From IMG/VR virus record IMGVR_UViG_2548876941_000010: a stretch of 4,547 nt of DNA; one strand, 5' to 3'. Origin of the DNA: a virus (taxonomy: Duplodnaviria; Heunggongvirae; Uroviricota; Caudoviricetes). A model generated the notes under the pieces. The model saw only the letters and a program-made list of their open reading frames with translations. It did no database searches and was not told where the DNA came from. Within the stretch, counting starts at the first letter, position 1; every line of letters begins with the position of its first letter. The position numbers and the translations under genes were made by a program. This document shows positions 1-4,547 of this stretch, piece by piece.

Positions 1-405
1 TCCGCGTGCGCTTAGCCGCATTCACCGCATCACAAAATTCACTTTAAAAAGGGCGGACATCAGTTCATGGGCAAACAGATGCCGCCAAACGTCACCAGAA
101 AATTGATAACAGAGGGCGTTGCAGCGGGGTTGTCACTTAAGCGTATGGTCAACCTGACAACCCGGTGTCCTCAACGGGGAAGGAATAACCCCGCCATACT
201 TACCGCCGCGCCATTTCGCGGGTTGCCACAACCGGAAGCGCACGGTCGACGAAAATTTAACGACAGGCTATCTATGAACCAGCTACCTCGCCGTGCGCTT
301 TCGCGTTATGGTCTGACTTTTCAGGGAAATATCCTTTCAGTAAACTGTCAGTGCCGGATGCTCACCCGTGTCCGGCGCACGCACTCTACCTCACCCGTGA
401 ATAAA

Positions 406-780
406 TTAATGATTAATTGATATTTTATAGGTGGATTCAACTTTCCCATCGGATGTGTGATGCTTTAAATCACAGGAATTAATACTGCTTGCTGTAAAGT
501 GATTTTCAAGGGGGTCTATTCGAATCCCTTTCTTTTTCATTAACAGGCCAAATCCCTTATTAATGATGTCCATTAATTCCAGAAAGTATTTTTCATGTAA
601 ATCCTGGTTATCAGAGAGCTGCTTCTCTTTGTATAGCCCGATAAAGGCTCGGCGCACGTTACCGGATATATTATCGATGGTTTCTTTTTCTACGGTACTC
701 AGGTCAAGAGTAGCCAATTGAGAACGAACTATATTCGCTGCCATTTCCTGGAATGGTATTGGTAAATCTTTAAATTCCAT
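406..780 (-). CDS. hypothetical protein, AT-rich accessory gene; second gene of leftward two-gene operon
   Basis: Open frame on minus strand ending at TAA (408..406). The ATG at 780..778 has a GAGG Shine-Dalgarno 6 nt upstream; the ORF track uses an alternative ATG at 792 with no SD. Region is visibly AT-rich with several ATA codons, unlike the neighbouring upstream gene. No family recognised from the protein sequence. Confidence 0.55.
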   Translation of the reverse strand: MEFKDLPIPFQEMAANIVRSQLATLDLSTVEKETIDNISGNVRRAFIGLYKEKQLSDNQDLHEKYFLELMDIINKGFGLLMKKKGIRIDPLENHFTASSINSCDLKHHTSDGKVESTYKISINH

Positions 781-791
781 CGTCAACCTCA

Positions 792-1022
792 TCAGTCAGT
801 GTTTCTGGCTAACCAGCGACGCGCGCCAGATTCGGTTTTAAGCGTTTTGCTTTTGGTATACGTCATTGCGGTGAACGTACCGTCCTGGTTTGGGAACACG
901 CCGCACACCAGAGATTCGTTGTTGCCAAGATCGATAGTATCCATGCTGACCTCATTTCCCCTTAACGCCGGGGTAGCGGAACAAAAACCTGCTGCATAGT
1001 TAAAGTTGAACCCTGCCGTCAT
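792..1022 (-). CDS. hypothetical small protein; first gene of leftward operon
   Basis: 76-codon minus-strand ORF with mostly common enterobacterial codons (CTG, CGT, ACC, GGC, AAC). Its TGA stop (794..792) lies 11 nt before the SD-preceded ATG of the next gene, or overlaps the alternative ATG by 1 nt. An internal ATG at 944..942 with a GAGGT SD would give a 50-aa product. The antisense plus-strand ORF 799..999 has poorer codon usage. Confidence 0.45.
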   Translation of the reverse strand: MTAGFNFNYAAGFCSATPALRGNEVSMDTIDLGNNESLVCGVFPNQDGTFTAMTYTKSKTLKTESGARRWLARNTD

Positions 1023-1096
1023 GTTCTTACGCCTCGGGCTGGCTACTTAACCCCTGACCACTGCCGGGTAACTCGAAGTATTGCCCGGCGTTCTGT

Positions 1097-1105
1097 GGGG
1101 GGGGG
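1097..1105. repeat. G9 homopolymer tract (C9 on the minus strand)
   Basis: Nine consecutive G at 1097..1105, between the left palindrome (1122..1160) and the start of the leftward operon (1022). Confidence 0.9.
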
Positions 1106-1121
1106 TTGGTGAAAATAATCT

Positions 1122-1160
1122 ACAATTAAAAACTGTTTTATGTCAACAGTTTTTAATTGT
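1122..1160. promoter_or_regulatory. 39-bp perfect palindrome; putative operator (OL-like) with embedded leftward promoter
   Basis: ACAATTAAAAACTGT (1122..1136), 9-bp spacer, ACAGTTTTTAATTGT (1146..1160); the arms are exact reverse complements. On the minus strand the spacer contains TTGACA (1146..1141), followed about 18 nt later by TAGATT (1122..1117), a plausible sigma-70 promoter reading leftward. Confidence 0.5.
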
Positions 1161-1170
1161 TGGTTTAGGC

Positions 1171-1196
1171 AAAAAAACTCCCTCGAATGAGGGAGT
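1171..1196 (-). terminator. intrinsic (rho-independent) terminator for the repressor transcript
   Basis: GC-rich 7-bp stem CTCCCTC (1178..1184) / GAGGGAG (1189..1195) with a 4-nt loop. On the minus strand the hairpin is followed directly by a run of seven T (plus-strand A7 at 1171..1177). It sits about 170 bp downstream of the repressor stop. Confidence 0.6.
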
Positions 1197-1366
1197 ATGA
1201 AAATTGTTCTGCTTAGATAGAGAAGGGAAATTGTCGTCGGGCATGCACAATATTTGCAATTTCAATGCTTGAAGTTGTAACTGTCTTCTTGTTCGGTTGT
1301 TTCGAATTCTGAAACTATCGGAGAAAGGGCTGTACTCATGGCATAACTCCTCTTCTTGTTCAGTGG

Positions 1367-1768
1367 TCACGCCAGGCGGCTTTTTTGTGCCGCTAACCAT
1401 CGGGCAATGGTTTCTTCCATTGATTTTTTCTTGTCTTTGATTTCTTGAAGCATTTTTTCCTGGTCTTCCTCAGGAAACGCACTAAAAGCTTGGAGCAGTT
1501 CGCGTTGGCGAGGACCAATTTTCATCGTATCAGGGGTGAAAATTTGCTCCCTCTCTTCAGGAGGCAATAAAAACCAATGCAATGGATGCCCTGTAACCTC
1601 AACCAGTTTATCCAAACTTGAGGCTTTAGGTGTTGCCTTACCGCTGACCCATTGTTGAACAGTTTGCTGTGTCACACCAATTCTACGGGCAAGCTCAGCC
1701 TGGCTCCATCCAGTTTCCTGAAGAAGCTTGCTGATTCTGTACATAGATACTTCTAGGGCGTTCATCAT
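1367..1768 (-). CDS. XRE-family helix-turn-helix repressor (cI/RacR-like prophage repressor), no peptidase S24 domain
   Basis: 133-aa ORF with an N-terminal HTH signature (SQAELARRIGVTQQTVQQWVSGKATP). It is transcribed divergently from a Cro-like gene. The C-terminal ~60 aa is short and shows no Ser/Lys autoprotease motif. The start may be the second ATG (1765), which has a GGAA 4 nt upstream. Confidence 0.8.
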   Translation of the reverse strand: MMNALEVSMYRISKLLQETGWSQAELARRIGVTQQTVQQWVSGKATPKASSLDKLVEVTGHPLHWFLLPPEEREQIFTPDTMKIGPRQRELLQAFSAFPEEDQEKMLQEIKDKKKSMEETIARWLAAQKSRLA

Positions 1769-1804
1769 TTTCCAATTTTACAGGCAAATACTGTTAAAAG
1801 CATC

Positions 1805-1843
1805 ACAATAAAAAACTGTTGATCGCATACAGTTTTTTATTGT
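1805..1843. promoter_or_regulatory. 39-bp perfect palindrome; putative operator (OR-like) in the divergent repressor/cro promoter region
   Basis: ACAATAAAAAACTGT (1805..1819), 9-bp spacer, ACAGTTTTTTATTGT (1829..1843). The arms differ from the 1122..1160 palindrome at one position. The spacer carries TTGATC (1819..1824) on the plus strand, a -35-like hexamer facing the cro-like gene. A TACAAT -10-like hexamer on the minus strand (1844..1839) overlaps the right arm and could serve the repressor gene. Confidence 0.5.
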
Positions 1844-1877
1844 AGGCTTTGCTTATAGTTTTTCAGAGGAGGGCAAA

Positions 1878-2150
1878 ATGCTAGATAGCACTCGCGAAAA
1901 AATTAGGCAGAAACACACTCAAGCTGAAATAGGTCGTTATATGGGAGTTGCTCAACAGACTGTTTGGCAATGGTTTAGCTTTGGTGTTCCCCCAAAGCAG
2001 GTAATTCCGTTATGCCAGCTAATGAAGTGGGAAGTTACCCCGCATGAAATTCGCCCTGATATTTATCCTAACCCAACCGACGGTTTACCTGTTGGATGTA
2101 AAGTTAACACACCAAATACACCGGGGATGATTCATGAAAATCAAGCATGA
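1878..2150 (+). CDS. Cro-like HTH transcriptional regulator (YdaS/Cro family-like)
   Basis: 90-aa ORF with a strong SD (GAGGAGGG at 1866..1873) 4 nt before the ATG. HTH-like segment AEIGRYMGVAQQTVWQWFS followed by an RPDIYP motif, which I recall as typical of YdaS-type Cro proteins. Position is divergent from the repressor. Confidence 0.7.
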   Translation: MLDSTREKIRQKHTQAEIGRYMGVAQQTVWQWFSFGVPPKQVIPLCQLMKWEVTPHEIRPDIYPNPTDGLPVGCKVNTPNTPGMIHENQA

Positions 2151-2559
2151 ACACATCCGCATGGCGATGAATGCCTGGGCGCGTCCGGACGGTGAAAAAG
2201 TTCCGGCAGCTGAAATAACCCGGGCTTATTTTGAGCTGGGTATGACATTCCCGGAACTGTATGACGACAGCCATCCGGAAGCCCTGGCTCGCAATACTCA
2301 GAAAATTTTCCGCTGGGTGGAGAAAGACACCCCTGATGCGGTTAAAAAAATTCAGGCTTTGTTACCAGCGATCGAAAAGGCAATGCCACCTCCGCTGGTG
2401 GCCTGGATGCGCAGCCACAGTTCCGATTATTTTCGGGAACTGGTGGATACGCATGAACGACTGGTGAGAGACGCTGATGAACTTGTCGCGGTGGTAATTG
2501 CTGGTTTCAATCAGATGAATCGTGGTGGTCCGGCGGGAAATGCCGTGGTGGCGCATTGA
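2134..2559 (+). CDS. ydaT: YdaT-family protein (reported functional analogue of CII)
   Basis: 141-aa ORF beginning MKIKHEHI and ending VVAH, resembling my recollection of E. coli Rac-prophage YdaT. It sits immediately after the Cro-like gene with a 17-nt overlap, as in Rac-type racR-ydaS-ydaT modules. Identification is from memory of the family, not a search. Confidence 0.7.
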   Translation: MKIKHEHIRMAMNAWARPDGEKVPAAEITRAYFELGMTFPELYDDSHPEALARNTQKIFRWVEKDTPDAVKKIQALLPAIEKAMPPPLVAWMRSHSSDYFRELVDTHERLVRDADELVAVVIAGFNQMNRGGPAGNAVVAH

Positions 2560-2580
2560 TAACGTGTTCTGGGGGAGGGG

Positions 2581-3570
2581 ATGAAGCTCCTTTTTGCTGA
2601 ACGCCCGCTGGTTATAAACACGCAGCTGGCGATGAAAATTGGTCTGAACGAAGCCATCGTGTTGCAGCAGCTGCATTACTGGTTGAGAGATACCGGTTCC
2701 GGCATGGAATGTGATGGTGTTCGCTGGATTTATAACACAACAGAACAATGGCTGGAACAGTTCCCTTTCTGGTCAGAGTCAACGTTAAAACGCGCATTTG
2801 CAAGTCTGAAAACGCTGGGGCTTTTGCGTTGTGAAAAGCTCAACAAATCAAAGCGTGATATGACTAATTTTTACACGATTAATTACGAGAGCGAGCTTTT
2901 AGATGGTGGCAAAGTGAGCGAATCCATCATGTCAAAATGCGCCGCTCCATCAGGTCAAAATGACACGATGGAAGGAGCCAAAATGACACGCTCCATTGGT
3001 TCAAAACGACCCAATGTCATCGGGTCAAAATGGCCCGATGATCTTACAGAGAATACAACAGAGATTACTACAGAGAATACAACAGAGATTACTACAGAGA
3101 ATAAAAACACTTCTCGTCCGGAAGCTTCGCAACCGGACAGGCAGACGGCTGAACAGGATTTTTTAACCCGACACCCTGACGCTGTTGTGTTCAGTGCGAA
3201 AAAACGCCAGTGGGGCAGCCAGGAAGATTTGGCGTGTGCGCAGTGGATCTGGGGGCGAATCGTGAGTCTTTACGAGCAGGCTGCCAGCGATGATGGCGAA
3301 ATCATGCGACCGAAAGAACCAAACTGGACTGCATGGGCCAATGATGTGCGCACAATGCGGATGCTGGATGGCAGAACTCACAGACAAATTTGCGAAATGT
3401 TTGGTCGGGTACAGCGGGATCCATTCTGGGTAAAAAACGTCATGAGCCCGTCAAAGCTTCGCGAAAAATGGGATGAGCTGGTTATTCGTCTGGGGCGTTC
3501 GCCTGTACAGCGTTGCGTGAATCACATTTCTGAACCGGATAACGAAATTCCGCCGGGCTTCAGGGGGTAA
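2581..3570 (+). CDS. phage replication initiation protein (O-like / replisome organiser) with origin repeats embedded in the linker
   Basis: 329-aa ORF with SD GGGAGGGG directly upstream of the ATG. The N-terminal ~90 aa has the winged-helix pattern seen in phage replication initiators (LAMKIGLNEAIVLQQLHYWL ... STLKRAFASLKTLGLL). The central region is encoded by iterons and tandem repeats. The C-terminal ~150 aa is a separate domain I cannot assign. Confidence 0.8.
   Translation: MKLLFAERPLVINTQLAMKIGLNEAIVLQQLHYWLRDTGSGMECDGVRWIYNTTEQWLEQFPFWSESTLKRAFASLKTLGLLRCEKLNKSKRDMTNFYTINYESELLDGGKVSESIMSKCAAPSGQNDTMEGAKMTRSIGSKRPNVIGSKWPDDLTENTTEITTENTTEITTENKNTSRPEASQPDRQTAEQDFLTRHPDAVVFSAKKRQWGSQEDLACAQWIWGRIVSLYEQAASDDGEIMRPKEPNWTAWANDVRTMRMLDGRTHRQICEMFGRVQRDPFWVKNVMSPSKLREKWDELVIRLGRSPVQRCVNHISEPDNEIPPGFRG
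2925..3040. repeat. iteron array (five ~23-bp repeats), putative replication origin
   Basis: Core GTCAAAATG(A/G)C-like motif recurs with its CAAAA starting at 2933, 2956, 2979, 3002 and 3026 (spacing 23, 23, 23, 24 bp). Four units carry their own flanking inverted arms: CCATC/GATGG, GGAGC/GCTCC, CATTGG/CCAATG and CATCGGG/CCCGATG. The first unit is degenerate. Confidence 0.55.
3046..3103. repeat. perfect 24-bp tandem duplication plus partial third copy (A-rich, built from 12-bp subrepeats)
   Basis: ACAGAGAATACAACAGAGATTACT at 3046..3069 is repeated exactly at 3070..3093, then ACAGAGAATA at 3094..3103. It encodes TENTTEITTENTTEITTEN in the replication protein and directly follows the iterons, the usual position of an AT-rich unwinding region. 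Confidence 0.85.
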
Positions 3571-3610
3571 GTGTTAATTTCTGGTCATGAGGTAATTTTC
3601 AGGAGGGCTT

Positions 3611-4033
3611 GTGGCAAAAGTTTTTACACAAGAAGAGCGGGAAAAAATTAAAGGGCAGGTTGTTGAACTCGTACGCCAGAGTGGGCGCGAGACGTTACGA
3701 CAACTGGAAGCTAAAACTGGGGCAACAAGATATCTGATGAGCGTTCTGGCCAGAGAGCTGGTTGCCAGTGGCGATGTATGCAACTCTGGTTACGGGTTAT
3801 TCCCGTCTGAACAGGCGCGTAAGGACTGGCAAAATGCCCGTAAAAAGCTCTCAAGGGCAAAGCTGAAGAAACCATCTGCGGTTGATCCGGACCTTATCTG
3901 GTCATTACCTGATGGAGAAATACGTCGTTACGACAGGCGTCATAATATGATTTGTACTGAGTGTCGTAAAAGCGAAGTTATGCAGCGCATATTGTCGTTT
4001 TATCAGGGGGATGTTCGGTATTTATTGAAGTGA
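3611..4033 (+). CDS. hypothetical protein, 140 aa, possible winged-helix DNA-binding protein
   Basis: GTG start at 3611 preceded by AGGAGG (3601..3606), 40 bp after the replication gene, so probably co-transcribed. N-terminal helix-rich segment (VVELVRQSGRETLRQLEAKTGATRYLMSVLARELV) and a basic middle region. No family recognised. Confidence 0.55.
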   Translation: MAKVFTQEEREKIKGQVVELVRQSGRETLRQLEAKTGATRYLMSVLARELVASGDVCNSGYGLFPSEQARKDWQNARKKLSRAKLKKPSAVDPDLIWSLPDGEIRRYDRRHNMICTECRKSEVMQRILSFYQGDVRYLLK

Positions 4034-4173
4034 CGAGATTAAAGTGCATTAGTTCAGATGTAAATTGACATTTTGTGGCACAGGGTAGAGCTAGCGTGGT
4101 TGTCCGCTTTGTGCCAAAAGCAGATATTGATAACATTGAGATATGTTAATTTATAGGGAGCAGCTCAAGGCCC

Positions 4174-4192
4174 ACTGGAACTTCCAGTTTTT
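4174..4192 (+). terminator. candidate intrinsic terminator for the rightward early operon
   Basis: Inverted repeat ACTGGAA / TTCCAGT around a central C, followed by a TTTT(T) run on the plus strand (4188..4192). The stem is AT-rich, so strength is uncertain. Confidence 0.4.
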
Positions 4193-4228
4193 GCCCCTGA
4201 AACCGTTCCCAGTGAGCACTTCCACCTG

Positions 4229-4250
4229 AAGACTGCGCAGTCTTAGTTTT
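4229..4250 (+). terminator. second hairpin, possible weak terminator
   Basis: 16-bp perfect palindrome AAGACTGCGCAGTCTT (4229..4244) followed by AGTTTT on the plus strand. It lies between convergent genes. Confidence 0.3.
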
Positions 4251-4271
4251 CGTTGCCTTTAGTTTATCCCT

Positions 4272-4547
4272 TTATGATACCGATAAAAACTTTTTTGTAA
4301 TTTCTGCTGCCGTTTTCTCCATGCTGGGATATACAGTGCTTTCGGATATATTAAGCTGCGCCAGTTCTTCCAGAATTTTATTTTTGTTCGCTATCTCCAC
4401 TCTGTTAAGAGGAAACTCAGCATCTGTTTCCGGTAAAATGGGATCAAGTCCGAACAGAAGAAAAGCTCCTGCCTGAGATTGTATGCGTTCATTATTTATT
4501 TTAGCCTTAAGGAAAACAACTTTCCTTAAGTCATCAGGAATTATTCT
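4272..4547 (-). CDS. hypothetical protein, C-terminal 91 codons only (5-prime end beyond the window), AT-rich accessory gene
   Basis: Minus-strand frame is open from the window edge to TAA (4274..4272) and translates to ...QAGAFLLFGLDPILPETDAEFPLNRVEIANKNKILEELAQLNISESTVYPSMEKTAAEITKKFLSVS. It is convergent with the rightward operon and AT-rich. No family recognised with confidence. Confidence 0.55.
   Translation of the reverse strand, partial: RIIPDDLRKVVFLKAKINNERIQSQAGAFLLFGLDPILPETDAEFPLNRVEIANKNKILEELAQLNISESTVYPSMEKTAAEITKKFLSVS

Noticed and set aside
67-420. 117-aa plus-strand ORF from the six-frame track
   Set aside because: The translation is arginine/proline-rich with many rare codons (AGA, AGG, ATA, CGA, CTA, CGG) and no convincing SD, and it overlaps the 3-prime end of the minus-strand gene. 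More likely a chance ORF in GC-rich non-coding DNA, though a real small basic protein cannot be excluded.
507-527. tRNA T-loop-like sequence GGTCTATTCGAATCCC
   Set aside because: It lies inside the minus-strand coding region (encoding KKKGIRIDP) and has no adjacent acceptor or anticodon stem structure. No tRNA could be folded around it.
799-999. 66-aa plus-strand ORF antisense to the first leftward gene
   Set aside because: GTG start, poorer codon usage (several TCG, TTG, GTA, AGA, ATA) than the minus-strand frame, and it would be transcribed against the predicted leftward operon.
1143-1400. 85-aa minus-strand ORF from the track
   Set aside because: It starts inside the repressor gene in another frame and reads through the intrinsic terminator hairpin and into the palindromic operator, so it is implausible as a gene.
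1816-1832. LexA (SOS) box resemblance in both palindromes (CTGT ... ACAG)
   Set aside because: The canonical LexA box is CTGT-N8-ACAG. Both sites here have a 9-bp spacer (also 1133..1149), so the half-sites are out of register. The resemblance is probably coincidental, though weak LexA binding is not formally excluded.
1854-1859. TATAGT as the -10 element of the cro-like promoter
   Set aside because: No acceptable -35 lies at the right distance, and a start from this -10 would leave almost no leader before the SD. The TTGATC-based promoter within the palindrome is more coherent, but neither can be confirmed from sequence alone.
2925-3105. Possible CRISPR array or generic simple-sequence repeat
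   Set aside because: The repeat units are 12-24 bp without unique spacers, sit in frame inside a coding sequence, and have an iteron-like core and period. An origin explanation fits much better than CRISPR.
2261-3783. Track ORFs overlapping or antisense to the YdaT-like, replication and 140-aa genes (2261..2467 +, 2362..2748 -, 2612..2803 -, 3163..3387 -, 3574..3783 -)
   Set aside because: All lie inside better-supported genes in alternative frames or on the opposite strand, lack SD sequences, and give low-complexity or odd translations.

Overview
This window looks like the immunity and early-replication region of a lambdoid/Rac-like enterobacterial prophage. All calls are from reading the sequence and from remembered family resemblances; no database search was run. 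Gene order: a leftward two-gene operon (406..1022, minus), a minus-strand intrinsic terminator, an HTH repressor without a peptidase domain (1367..1768, minus), then rightward a Cro-like HTH gene, a YdaT-family (CII-like) gene, a replication initiator (2581..3570) and a 140-aa unknown gene. Plus-strand hairpins and the 3-prime end of a convergent AT-rich gene close the window. The two most notable signals are (a) two near-identical 39-bp perfect palindromes flanking the repressor gene in mirror orientation, each with a -35-like hexamer in its spacer, and (b) a probable replication origin inside the initiator gene: five ~23-bp iterons followed by a perfect 24-bp tandem duplication. No rRNA, tRNA, CRISPR array or transposase was seen. 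The first ~405 bp has no convincing ORF but carries recurring GC-rich motifs.
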